Positions 1-12,990 of a stretch of 64,000 nucleotides of DNA are shown here, in pieces. The stretch is from positions 91,512,001-91,576,000 of the forward strand of contig NC_043004.1 of assembly GCF_006345805.1 (NCBI RefSeq), in the 5' to 3' direction. Position 1 is the stretch's first letter. Each line of letters begins with the position of its first letter. Below the pieces are notes generated by a model, which saw only the letters and a program-made list of their open reading frames with translations, did not search any database and was not told the origin of the DNA. This DNA is from Octopus sinensis. Lineage: Eukaryota. The position numbers and the translations under genes are program-made.

Positions 1-1790
1 GCAGTTAATCAGACAAAGACACAGGAAGAGATAAGCACCGCTGGAAAGGATTAGGATGGGGAGGGCAAAGAAAAAAATATGCTGAGATAAGGAGAATATG
101 GTACAAGGAGAAAGGAGAAAGAAAATGGTGCTAACATAGCTAAATAATAAGAATGAGCTTTATCCACAATTAGGAGACATCATAAAGACTGTACATGATG
201 AGAAAATGTGGAATAAAATTTGTGCTTACATGAGAAGGTTACATCAGAGAACCTATTGAGTAATGAGATATTATGATGGTGAAGAATAGCCAGCAATTCA
301 TGTCAATATAACTTAAAAACATGATGGTTTGTGTTGTATGGGGAGATCCCACCAACTATGGATGAGGATAAGGTATAAGAAATGTCCTTGGACTTGAGGT
401 GAAGCACGTGTGTAGCTAGGGACTAAAGAGTTTAGAAACTCAATTTGAGAATGAATTCAGGTGAGCCTGCTATTGGTGCTTCAGTTCAACGCTGCCACTA
501 TAGCCTGGTGAGAACATGATGTAATTACCTGGCATTTATATAATGTTATAAAGTAAACAAAATCCATCTAACAGACATAGTTGGAAGACCCAACAATTAC
601 TAGTTTTTCCACCAATGGTGGGCTTAGAATTAATCCTTATTTTATGCTGATTCATATGATCAGTCATCCTGAAGGAAGAACCAGAGGTGTTTTTACTCGT
701 ATGGGGCTGATAGAGGGCATCACTACAAGTCAGGTGCATTAGGGTTACAAGTACTTGGGGCAATGCTATTATTCAAGTGGGTAGGATTCCCAATGCTAAA
801 AGTATCAGTATCTAGCACGTAAGGGTGGAGGTAGATGAGTGGTTCATAGGGCAGTTAGTAAGATGACTAAGTTTGCACCTATTGGAAGATGCAGTGAGAG
901 ATCCTAAGTTTAGTGTTATGGAGTATGAGATTTTAATCAAATATTAATTAAATTTTGGGTAATATTTTGTGGTGTAGTGGGAAATTAAAGCTTAGGATTT
1001 TGAAAAATAGCTTGGGTAAAGATTTAACTTGGAGGGAGAATAGGGGTGCAATCCATAAGATCCTCCACTTTTTGCTTCAAAAGAGCTTAGAAACCAGTGT
1101 AGTGGGCAGGAAATTATTCAACTACTGTGCTGGCTGCAGGAGAATTCAGTCGCTGGATGATGGCATGTGGATAGATAGAGGCAAACCTGGTGGACATAGC
1201 TTTTGTACTAGGAAATAGACATTTGAGTTTTGTTTTTAGTCTAGTACTGGAAATATATGAGATCCTCATGTGGAAGCCACTATTCTGGAGAACCTGGTTA
1301 TAGTACAAGCTATGATTATCAAAGATATCCTCGTTAGCTGATAGGTTATAGATCCTGATTGAAGCACCAGTGACAATGCCATTTAGAGCAAATCTATGGG
1401 GAATAGATTGGAGATTGATATATTTTTATGACTCATTTGGTTTATGGTAAGTGTAATCGAGGTTAGGTCAAAGTTGAGTCTTTTCTAAGAGGTTGGCTAC
1501 TTTAGTGCTGTTTTTGAACGAGGACCTTCCAGGTACATTCAATGGATAGTCAAAATGTACCTATGGGTGTGAAACCTCTGGGTATGCTAAGGAAGTGCTG
1601 GTTTATTTAAGAGGGAAGAAGAGACTAACCTGGTCAGTAACCTGAACAGAGTCCAAAGAGCCCATTGTTATATCAAAGATATCTATAGGGAATTTACGGG
1701 ACCAATAATTTTTAACATAAGACAAAAGTGTTTTTCTAGCTGCTAAGATAAAGTTGATGTCCAGCCAATAGAGGGGTGCAAATTTTCTCG
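1..1790 (-). mobile_element. Heavily decayed non-LTR retrotransposon (CR1/Jockey-like APE-RT remnant)
   Basis: Minus-strand frames give fragmentary APE-like (LTCSD...TDH) and RT-like stretches with many stops and shifts. Clade is tentative. Confidence 0.45.
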
Positions 1791-2540
1791 CGAATATTAA
1801 GGCCTCATTTAATAGAATGGGGGGATAAGGAAAGTGGAACCAGATAATGACATCAGTATGTGTGTATGTGTATGAATGCACACACACATACACACACACA
1901 TATACACACACACACACATATACATACATATATATACATATATACATACATATATACATACATACATGTGTGTGTGTATTTATATATCACTGTATTGACC
2001 AGACTATTGTATGTTGTTATACACTGCTGGCAACAATGCACTTCCTTGCACCAATGTAGCTTTCAGATGATATCATCAAGCCAGCAGGGTGGGCAGGCTA
2101 ATTTTACCCCTGAATGGAATGCAAGCTTATTGCAGGGTCATCTATTTACAGCTCAGCTGAGTGGAAAAGTCCATGGTTATATCAATGAGATCGTATTGAA
2201 AGTCTGTAAAATGTTTGTTATGTTTGAAATGTTTGTGAGTCTTTCATTAAATTGAAAATTATACAGGTTATCAACCTCACTTAGCATACATTATATATTT
2301 ATAATATTTATAGGTACACTTTCTTTTGAACAGTCCATTGTCAGGTTGTCAACTGTGAGTTGATCAAAAAGCAGTGTGGGTGTCAATATTGTAATGTTAA
2401 TGTCTAAATAGTCTCATAGTCTGATGATTTATTATCTTCATTTTTAAACCATATAATATATGTTATAAATACTGAATATTTCTTCGATGTTATGATATCC
2501 GTGGGTGCAGGCATACATATATACATAAAAATATACATAC

Positions 2541-2867
2541 GCCTGGCCCCCGTGCCGGTGGCATGTAAAAGCACCATCTGTTCGTGTCCATTGCTAGCCT
2601 CGCCTGGCCCCCGTGCTGGTGACACATAAAAGCACCATCCGTTCGTGGCCATTTGCCAGCCCCGCCTGGCACCTGTGCGGGTAGCACGTAAAAAGCACCC
2701 ACTACACTCACAGAGTGGTTGGCGTTAGGAAGGGCATCCATCCGTAGAAACACTGCCAGATCTGACTGGGCCTGATGCGGACTTCCGGCTTCACAGACCC
2801 CAGTTGAACCGTCCAACCCATGCTAGCATGGAAAACGGACACTAAATGATGATGATGATGATGATGA
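2541..2867 (+). mobile_element. SINE family D (RTE-type 3' end, (ATG)n tail, internal ~40-bp repeats)
   Basis: ggttggcgttaggaagggcatcc...ccatgctagcatggaaaacggac then (atg)n. Related copies at 13695-13996, 14108-14300, ~14596-15230, ~36000-36200, ~38155-38365. Confidence 0.75.
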
Positions 2868-3332
2868 GGACATATAACTTATATCTAACTTATAAACAAT
2901 GCTAATATGTTAAGGTGTGTTGACCTGGTTACAAACACTAATGTTTTATGACTGTCTTTTTCTCAAATTTTGGCCATCCAATACCCCTACTTCTAATAAG
3001 TGACCCCTTCCTCTATCCTTACTTTACCTCCCTTCACTCCTGTGTAATCTGCCTTACTCTTGTCTCTATTCTACTTGCATCTTTCCATCTTTTCCTCCCT
3101 CCCCCATGCACTCACCATTCCTTCAGTGTTTTGCTTTGTTTATAACTAGAAATGGCTCTGGCAAAAGCAGCATTCAATTTTTTAGGTCATTCAATTTTTC
3201 TCAACTGATCACAAGAGCAATTGAGTAAGCCTATCAATAATGGTACCTATAATTACTACTGGAAACAGCTGTAAGCCAAATTTGATGCAATTAAGGAAAA
3301 ATATGTAATGACCATTATTTTAAACTTGTTTT

Positions 3333-4029
3333 CGCAGGAGTGGCTGTGTGGTAAGTAGCTTGCTTACCAACCACATGGTTCGGGGTTCAGTCCCAGCTGC
3401 GTGGCACCTTGGGCAAGTGTCTTCTACTATAGCCTCGGGCTGACCAAAGCCTTGTGAGTGGATTTGGGAGATAGAAACTGAAAGAAGCCCATCATATATA
3501 TGTATATTTATATACATATACGTGGAGGCGCAATGGCCTAGTGGTTAGGGCAGCGGACTCGCGGTTGCAGGATCGCGGTTTCGATTCCCAGACCGGGCGT
3601 TGTGAGTGTTTATTGAGCAAAAACACCTAAAAGCTCCACGAGGCTCTGGCAGGGGGTGGTGATCCCTGCTGTACTCTTTCACCACTCTTTCTCCCACTCT
3701 TTCTTCTGTTGGCCTGCTCGCTTAGCCAGCGGGGTGGCGTCATTCGAAGGCTAAAACAATGCAAACGCATTGTGACCAGCGATGTGTAACAACATCTGAT
3801 GGTCTGGTCGGTCACGTGATCACGTGATATACATATATGTGTGTGTGTGTGTGTGTGTGTGCTTGTGTGTCTGTGTTTGTCCACCCCAACATTGTGTGTT
3901 TATGTCCCCATAACTTAGTGGGTAGAATAAGTACTGGGCTTACAAAGAATAAGTCCTGGGGTCGATTTGCTCGACTAAAGGCGGTGCTCCAGCATGGCCG
4001 CAGTCAAATGACTGAAAACAGTAAATGAG
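3333..4029 (+). mobile_element. SINE family A (tRNA-derived, CORE-like), interrupted by a family B SINE
   Basis: A-box tggctgtgtgg, B-box ggttcagtcc, CORE-like ccttgggcaagtg, central (TA)/(TG) tract, conserved 3' body. Confidence 0.85.
3521..3826 (+). mobile_element. SINE family B1 (tRNA-derived) with 11-bp TSD
   Basis: A-box tggcctagtgg, B-box ggtttcgattcc; TSD atatacatata at 3510-3520 and 3827-3837. Confidence 0.85.
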
Positions 4030-4052
4030 TATATGTGTGTGTGTGTACATAA

Positions 4053-4084
<32 letters not shown>

Positions 4085-4664
4085 ATGCACGCAGAAAGAG
4101 AAAGAGAGAGTAGATAATTAAACAAAGGGATGTTAGAAGTCCAGTTGAAGGTCAAAGTGCAGCAGCAACTTAATCAGGATACAAAATGAGGAACTAAACC
4201 AATGTGTGATGCTTTGTCATTTAATTCCCTTCCATCAACATTCGTTTAGAATGAGACAACAAAAAGAGAAATAAAATAAAATAAAGACAAATGTTAATTA
4301 ATAAATAGAAAGCTGAAGGAATATTTCAGCAATTGTATAATGAAATCTAATTGATTAATCCTTGTGTCACTTTGGATAATTAATTTTTCTTTTTTTTCAG
4401 TTTTGTGTGGAGGAAGGGGCTATGCTCACAACTTTGAAATAAAAATGGTTGTTTCAACAAAAATAAGGGTTTTTCTACATAGGCACAAGTCCCTCATTTA
4501 ATTAACAGCTGGCACAATTAATTTAAGCAATATTCCCAAGTATTTTATTCTAGGAGTTAAAAATAAAAGTACATTCACAAAGAGACATAACTAAAGTCTT
4601 CAAAATCTTTTTGTCATATCTTTTACTAATATATTTCAGTTGAAATACACTACTTTTGTTTCAA

Positions 4665-5225
4665 TTTATTATTTTGGGGCCATATTCACAAGTGATGGGA
4701 AACAGGAGGCTGAACTGGATGCTAGAATCGCAGATGCTGTCACAGTAATGTACTGGCTCCAGTGTTTGATAAAAAGAAACTCAAACAGGTTGTCTTCAAT
4801 TCAGTTTGCATGTCTTTCTTTATCTTTGGTTGCCTGGCACAGCCTTCTGGCTTCCCAGACCCCAGTTGAACCGTCCAACCCATGCTAGCATGGAAAACAG
4901 ATGTTAAACGATGATGATGATGATGATGCATGTTGGGCAAAGACAGAAAGAATACAATCACAAATATAAGCAAATGAAATGGGAGTCTTTTGAAGAATGT
5001 CTGGAGTAATGTTACTCAACAGGGTGCATAGCCCCAAGATCAGGGAGTCTCTCCAGGTCAAATTGCAACTTCTCTGCATTGAGAGGTCACAGTGCCACTA
5101 CTACATACATGTGATTAGAATGCCACAGAAAAAATTTACAAAATTGATTCTTCAAGTTGAGCCAATGGTAGGAGACTGAGGGGCAGTCCAAGAACAAGAT
5201 GGTTGGATAATATCAACCAGACAGA
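4665..5225 (+). mobile_element. RTE-clade LINE C-terminal remnant, split by a SINE D fragment
   Basis: YFGAIFTSDGKQEAELDARIA and a terminal PRTRWLDNI-like motif. Confidence 0.55.
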
Positions 5226-5268
5226 AAGTCTAATGATGGTTGCTTCTAATAGTATGGAGGAGGTACCT

Positions 5269-5502
5269 ATTTCTTTACTACCCACAAGGGGCTAAACACA
5301 GAAGGGACAAACAAGGACAGACAAATGGATTAAGTCGACTACATCGACCCCAGTGCGAAACTGGTACTTAATTTATTGACCCCGAAATGATGAAAGGTAA
5401 AGTCGACCTCGGCAGAATTTGAACTCAGAACGTAGCGGCAGATGAAATACCGCAAAGCATTTCACCTGGCATGCTAACGTTTCTGCCAGCTCGCTGCCTT
5501 AA
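5269..5502 (-). mobile_element. SINE family C with 18-bp TSD
   Basis: Head aaggcagcgagctggcagaaacgttagc, B-box gagttcaaattc; TSD agtatggaggaggtacct at 5251-5268 and 5503-5520. Confidence 0.85.
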
Positions 5503-5858
5503 AGTATGGAGGAGGTACCTGAGAACTCTACCCCCATGATCCTCCTAAGAATAATGGGCTGAGAAGATGGATGGTTGGCTGGATTAATATGAAATGAGCA
5601 TTAATATTGGGAGAATGCTAAGGCAATGAGCTGGCAGAATCGTTAGTACAACAAGCAAACTGCTTAGTGGCATTTAATCCATCTTTTCATTCTGAGTTCA
5701 AATTCCACCAAGGTTGACTTTGCCTTTCATTCATTCAGAGATGATAAAATAAACATCAGTCAAGTACTGGGGTCAATATAATCGACTTATCCACTGCCCA
5801 GAAATTGCTGGTCTTGTGCCAAAATTTGAAATCAGTATTGGATGGATGGATGGATGGA

Positions 5859-6225
5859 AGCACTCCGTCGGTTACGACGATGAGGGTTCCGGTTGATCCG
5901 AATCAACAGAACAGCCTGCTTGTGAAATTAACGTGTAAGTGGCTGAGCACTCCATAGACACATGCACCCTTAACATAGTTCTCGGGGATATTCAGCGTGA
6001 CACAGAGAGTGACAAGGCTGGCCCATTGAAATACAGGTACAACAGAAACAGGAAGTAAGAGTGAGAGAAAGTTGTGGTGAAAGAGTACAGCAGGGATCAC
6101 CACCATCCCCTGCCGGAGCCTCGTGGAGCTTTTAGGTGTTTTTGCTCAATAAACACTCACAACGCCCAGTCTGGGAATCGAAACCGCAAGTCCGCTGCCC
6201 TAGCCACTGGGCCATTGCGCCTCCA
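5859..6225 (-). mobile_element. SINE family B2
   Basis: Reverse complement of the 9809-10186 element. Confidence 0.85.
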
Positions 6226-7067
6226 CTGAAATTAGTATTGGGAGAGTAGGGAGTTGAGAGTAAAATATTAATAACTAAATCCATCTCAATACTTGTATAC
6301 TGCTTACTTCAGTAACCACAGAATGATGAATGGCAAAGCTGTCATTAGTAAGATTTGAACTTGGGAAAAAGAGGACAAAACTGATACCACAAAAAATTTT
6401 CTCCAGTAACCTAATTAATTTTCTTCAAACATCAACATGAAACATAAATTTTTCTGGATAGATGCAGTTGGTTAACCATTTTACTAGACCTTTTGAGTAT
6501 TTTATCAATTTCAGAAGAATAAATTAAATAAAATTATATATAAACAAATAAATAAAAGAAATTGGATCAAAGCCTTGTGAGTGGATTTGGTAGATGGAAA
6601 CTGAAAGAAGCCCATTATACATAGATATATTTATGTGTATGTGTGTGTGTGTCTCTGTGTTTGTCCCGCACCATCACTTGACAACCAATGTTGATGTGTT
6701 TACATCCCAGTAACTTAGAAGTTCAGCAAAAGAGACTGATAGAATAAGTACTAGGCTTACAAAGAATAAGCCCTGAGGTTGATTTCTTTGACTAAAAACC
6801 CTTTAAGGTGGTGCTCCAGCATGGCCGCAGTCAAGTGACTGAAACATGTAAAAGAGTAAAAGAATTGGAGGTATTTGAACTCGGGATATAAATGTCATAA
6901 CTAAACATCACTTAATACTTAATCCAGTTCTCTACTATGTCCACCAACTCCAGCATTGTTAGCTCAAAAATAAATATGCAAAATTGAGCTTTCAGATGAT
7001 GCAGTTAGTTATCTGTTTTAAATCAGTCAGAATCAGTTTATTTACGACTCAAATGTCTAGATTATTA

Positions 7068-7100
7068 ATCCACCTCCTCCTCCTCCTCATTATTATCATA

Positions 7101-7162
<62 letters not shown>

Positions 7163-7199
7163 CACCACCACCACCACTACTACTACTACTACAACAACA

Positions 7200-7244
<45 letters not shown>

Positions 7245-7266
7245 ACTACTACTACTACTACTACTG
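7068..7266. repeat. Compound trinucleotide microsatellite (CCT/ACT/ACC/GCT)
   Basis: Directly visible tandem triplets. Confidence 0.95.
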
Positions 7267-8084
7267 TCAGAAACGAAATCCACATATCAAAATGTCAACA
7301 TTAACAAAATTATGACTAGATTCTTAAAACAAAAAAAAAAAAAAAGAGAAGAGAAAACTATAAAAAAAAAAGATGAAACAAAAGCATAATAGAAAAGAGT
7401 GGTGGGAATGGGGTTAGGATGGGTGGGGAACGGGGTAACATAGAAAGCTATAAGCTTGTGGGAATTGATTTTGGATTAATGGTAATTTCTGAAAATCTAG
7501 GAATGATTTGACCGAAACGTAGCATTAAGTGATATTGTTTCCCGTGATCTGGCTATACGATGGTTCGTTAGGACTAGTGTACTCAATCCACATTTGAAAA
7601 CTAATTAGAAGATTAGATGCAAGAAAAAAAATTGCTCGTTACGTTTTGTCTCTTGACGGAGAAAGATACAAATAAACAAATACTATTTGTTGATGTTGAT
7701 TTTTTTTTGTTTGTCTTTTTAAATATTTTTATTGTTTCACATTTCGAAATATTTCATAAACCGCAGCTGCTACTGTTGCTGTCATCAACCCCACCACCAC
7801 CACCACCACCAAAATCACCATTATAACTCCTTATAATAATCATTTCTGTTATAGGCACAAGGCCTGAAATTTTGTTGGGGAAGGTTTTAGTAGTTGATTT
7901 ACATCAATCCCCAGCGCTCAACTGGTGCTTATCTAATTGACCTGATGAGATGGAAGGCAAAGTCAACCTTAGCAAAATTTGAACTGAGAATGTAAAGACA
8001 GACAGACAAAATGCTGCTAAGCATTTTGTCTGGTATGCTAACAATTCTAGCAGCTCGCCTCCTTTACAACTACTTGTAATAATC

Positions 8085-8089
8085 TTATT

Positions 8090-8120
<31 letters not shown>

Positions 8121-8211
8121 TAATAATAATAATAATAATCTTATAATAAAAATAATAATAATAATAATAATCTTATAATAAAAATAATAATAATAATAAT
8201 CTTATAATAAA

Positions 8212-8253
<42 letters not shown>

Positions 8254-8255
8254 CT

Positions 8256-8300
<45 letters not shown>

Positions 8301-8345
8301 CTTATAATAGTAATGATAATAATAATAATAATAATAATAATCCAT
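8085..8345. repeat. (AAT)n array punctuated by recurrent CTTAT units
   Basis: aatcttataata recurs several times within the AAT run. Confidence 0.9.
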
Positions 8346-9178
8346 TTTACTATAGGTAAAAGGTCTGAAATTTTGAGGGGAGGGATTGGTCAATTACAAC
8401 GATCCCAGTGTTTAACAGGTTTTTCGTTGACCCTGGAAGGATGAAAGGCAAAGTTGACCGCGGTAGAATTTGAACTCATTACTTCCAGCAGAGCAGAAAG
8501 GATGCAGGAAACAAAGTAGAGCAACTAAAGACCAGTGGTTATTTGATAAAATGATATTTAGACATTGTAGTCACAGGTTGATGGAACTGAGTGTTGCATG
8601 GTTGGATTACAGAAGAGTATGACATGGTGCTACACGATTAGATAAGTAAAACAATGGACATGCTTGGCGTGGCAGGAAATATGGAGAACATGTTCAGTGA
8701 AAGTGTGAAACACTGGAATACTGTGAATTGAGTGGAGGAAAACAAAGACTTGGGATGGAATGATTGCATGCATTGTCGCAGAATGTCACAAGTTGGCTCG
8801 GCTGTGTGGTTAGGGAGCTTGCTTCCTAGCTATATGGTTTCGGGTTCAGTCCCACTGCGTGGCATTTTGGGTAGGTGTCTTCCACTATAGTCCCGAGTCG
8901 ACCGAAGCTTTGTGATTGAATTCGGTAGGTGGAAGTTACTGCCGTGTGTGTATGTGTGCATATAGCCCCTCAGTGCCTCTCCGAAAGAGAGAGAGAGGGG
9001 GGGGCATGACCAAGTTTAAAAGTTTTGCATTGGAAACTTTGTCAGAAGTGGAGGTTTGAAGCTTGTAGTACATGGTATAACCATTGGGTTGGAGAAATGT
9101 AAGGTTTTAGGGGATTTTCCAATTCAAACAGAGAAGAAGATTGAAAATAATAAAACAGCTATAACAATAATAGACATA

Positions 9179-9343
9179 GGCGCAGTAGTGGCTGTGTGGT
9201 AAGTAGCTTGTTTACCAACCACATGGTTCCGGGTTCAGTCCCGCTGCGTGGCACCTTGGGCAACTGTCTTCTATTATAGCCTCGGGCAAACCAAAGCCTT
9301 GTGGGTGGATTTGGTTGACGGAAACTGAAAGAAGCCCGTGATA

Positions 9344-9399
<56 letters not shown>

Positions 9400-9625
9400 T
9401 GTGTGTATTTGTGTGTCTGTGTTTGTCCCCCTAGCATTGCTTGACAACCGATGCTGGTGTGTTTACGTCCCTGTTACTTAGCGGTTCGGCAAAAGAGACC
9501 GATAGAATAAGTACTGGGCTTACAAAAAGAATAAGTCCCGGGGTCGAGTTGCTCGATTAAAGGCGGTGCTCCAGCATGGCCGCAGTCAAATGACTGGAAC
9601 AAGTAAAAGAGAAAAAGAGAAAGAG
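9179..9625 (+). mobile_element. SINE family A, full length
   Basis: tRNA-like head, CORE-like block, (TA)n centre, aaaagag-type tail. Confidence 0.9.
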
Positions 9626-9808
9626 AATAGGAAAGCGAAGCTGCTTACTAATTGAGTCCTCATGTGTTTGATTCCAGGATTATAAAAAAAAATGACAAAA
9701 AAAATGCAATCCCTTAAAATTTGAAATTGTAAGAATTTGGAATATGAAAACTTCAAACATTGTGCCTGTAATAATTAGTGCATTAGGGACTGTGAGTAAT
9801 GATAAAGA

Positions 9809-10186
9809 GGAGGCGCAATGGCCCAGTGGTTAGGGCAGCGGACTTGCGGTCGTAGGATCGCGGTTTCGATTCCCAGACTGGGCATTGTGAGTGTTTATTG
9901 AGTGAAAACACCTAAAGCTTCACAAGGCTCCTGCAGGGGGTGGTGGTGAACCCTGCTGTACTCTTTCACCACAACTTTCTCTCACTCTTTCTTCCTGTTT
10001 CTGTTGTACCTGTATTTCAAAGGGCCAGCCTTGTCACACTCTGTGTCATGCTGAATCTCCTCGAGAACTACGTTAAGGGTACACGTGTCTGTGGAGTGCT
10101 CAGCCACTTGCACGTTAATTCCACGAGCAAGCTGTTCCGTTGATCGTATCAGCTGGGACCCTCATCGTCGTAACCGACGGAGTGCT
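9809..10186 (+). mobile_element. SINE family B2
   Basis: ggaggcgcaatggcccagtggttagggcagcggac head; tail cgtcgtaaccgacggagtgct. Confidence 0.85.
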
Positions 10187-11974
10187 CCCCTATATATATA
10201 TAATGATAAAGACAAATGGTCGAAGGTGATTGGAATGGAATGTCTGTAGAGCTTCGACAGAAAGTTTGCCTGTTAGGAACATGAAAAATTATCAGAAAAA
10301 TTTTGAGCGCTTGAAAGGTCATTGAAAGCTTGTGAGTGTCTAAGGTTACAGGTAGTAACCCACAAGCCGCTCAAATTCTGCCTGGAATAAGAATGAACCT
10401 GAGTCAAGTTGAATAATGATGATAGTGGTTGACAGGTCCTATCAAACTGTCCTACCCATACCAGCAAGACCACTGTTAAATGATGATGATGAAGCTGATA
10501 CACACACATATATATACACAGACAGATATGCATGCATATATATACCTACATTTATATATACACACACACATATATATATAGATATCTATACAGTCATAAA
10601 TATACATGTGTCTATGAATACACACACATATATATATATACACATATGTTTGTGTGTGTGTGTGTGTATATATGTATATATATATATATATATATATGTA
10701 TACACATATATATATATGTATACACACATATATATATATATATACACATATATACATGTGCATATATGTATATATGTATTTATATACATATATTTGTTTA
10801 TATATATATATATATATATAATATATATATATATATATACACATATATATATGCATACACACATACACAGGCACACACAAACAGTTACAAACACACACAC
10901 ACACACATAGAATACAAATAAATAAATAAATATCAGATTAAAGAGATTAACCTACACAGAAAAATGTTTTGTTAGCGTAACTGCATTGTTAATTTAGGTA
11001 AAAGCCTTTAATAATTTTATGTAATGGTTTCTATTTGATTGGATGAGGCAGTTGACACCTCCTCCTCTCACTTGTACATATTCTCAAATTACAGAAAGCA
11101 AAATAAAAAAAAATAAAACAAAATAAAACTATCCCACTCCTCTCAATTTGTTTATCATTATGAGCTCCAGCTACAGCTGAAGGTGGTGGATGGGGGGGGG
11201 TAGTGGAGATAATAATATTTCTTTTGCTAAATAATACAAAGACTCAGTCTGTGGGGGAAAAAGAAAGTGCTAATAATAAATGATTTCACATTTTAGCACA
11301 AGGCCAGCAATTCTGAGTGGGGTAAGTAAATTACATTGACCCCCCCCCCCCCAATGTTCAAACTGGTACTTATTTTATCAACCCTGAAAGGAAGAAAGGC
11401 AAAAATCGACCTCGGTGGGATTTGAACTCAGAACGTAAGGAGGGAGGGATGAAATGCTGCTAAGCATTTTTCCCAGTGTGCTAATGGTTCTGCCAGCTTA
11501 GAGAGTGCTAATATTAGTGAGTTCTGAGTTAGGCACAAGGCCAGCAATTTTAAAGGAGGAGGTGGTAAGTCAATTACATCGACCCCTAATGTTCAACGGG
11601 TACTTATTTTATCAACTCCGAAAGAATGAAAGGCAAAGTTGAACAGTCAGCAAGAAATAGAAACAAAATTGAAGGAAGAAAAAAAGCTGATAATAATAAT
11701 AATAATAATAAAAATTATAATCCTTTCTAATATTGGCACAAGGCCTGAAATTTTGGGGGACGAGGCTAGTTGATTGCATCAACCCAAATGCTCAACAAGT
11801 ACTTATTTTATTGATCCCCAATGCTCAACTGATATTTATTTTATTGACTCCATCCCTAGGACTGGCCCTAGTTATAACAGTAATAATGGGGAGAGAGCAA
11901 GGTGATTACATCTATCCTATTACTTAACTGGTATTTTTATCAATGTTGAAAGGATGAAAGGCAAAATTCACTTC

Positions 11975-12265
11975 AAGTTAAGTTAAGTTAATTTGGTTCA
12001 AAATGCAAGGCCATGTAGGAGGACATGGAGTTATGTACAGGGTCGTTCATGCAAAGAGTTCAGGCTATTTCTGGTCTAGAGAGACTTTGAACTGAGCGGT
12101 CGTCGGCATCTTCATTATCTTGTCCGGCAGCTTATTCCACAGATCTGCAACCCGGATGGATAAAGCTCCTCTCCTTCGATTGAGATGAAATCGGCGCAGA
12201 TAGAGCTTTTGGAGTGACCCCACAGCATACGCTCTGGAGCAGGAGTGAAGAACAGCTCTTTCGAG
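11975..12265 (-). mobile_element. CR1/L2-type LINE 3' end
   Basis: Minus strand reads GHSK-LYLRRFHLNRRRGA-SIRVADLWNKLPDKIMKMPTTAQFKVSLDQK, a CR1-type C-terminus, followed by a (ttaac)n tail. Confidence 0.65.
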
Positions 12266-12419
12266 AGGTTACACTTTCCACTTATGATGTTGTGAGCAAG
12301 AATGAGATCACTTCAGTTGGATTTGAACTCAGATGTAAAAAGAGGGAAGAAATTCCACTTAGCATTTCTTCTGATGCATTTATGATTCTACCAGCTCACC
12401 ACCTTTAATTAATAGTAAT

Positions 12420-12990
12420 GTGCATCTTGATGGCATTCAGGAAGAGCTGGTCTGGGAGTTCAAGTATTTTAGCTCACCGGTTGCAGAGAAGAAAGTTGCT
12501 TCAGCAACAGAGATCAACTGCAGAATCAAGTCTGTGATTAATGTGAGTCTGGAAGAAGCTCAACATCTCCCTAAGGACCACGATCTGTCTTTCCACACAC
12601 TGGTTCTGACTGACCTCCTCTACAGTGCCGTGACCTGTATCATCTGCAAGCAGGACCTGAATAAGCTTGAGGTGTTCCAAATGTGCTGTCTTCATCAGAT
12701 CCTTGGTGTCTCTCTACATAACTGAATCTCAAACAGCAACATCAAAGAACTATGCCAGCAGCAGCCAATCAGCAGCGCTAGCTTCAGTGGTTTGGCCATG
12801 TCTACAGGATGAGCACTAGAAGACAACCTACACACTGGAGAATCCAGTGCAGCACACCAAAGAAGACATGGGAGAAAGAAAATGAGGAAGATCTGAAGTT
12901 GCAACACCTCGACCTTAAGCATGCTAAGGCCAGCACCATCGATGAGAAAGCATGGAATAACATCATCACCAGAGTCCATCCTCCAGCGGC
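12420..12990 (+). mobile_element. RTE-clade LINE C-terminal remnant
   Basis: EINCRI...FHTLVLTDLLY...DLNKLEVFQMCCLHQILGVSL...FGHV.RM...PKKTW..EDLK. Confidence 0.7.

Noticed and set aside
2541-2700. ~40-bp direct repeats resembling a CRISPR array
   Set aside because: No unique spacers, eukaryotic context, and they are internal repeats of SINE family D.
3523-3600. tRNA-like sequences with A and B boxes
   Set aside because: They are heads of dispersed SINEs, continuing into SINE bodies with TSDs, and I see no complete cloverleaf.
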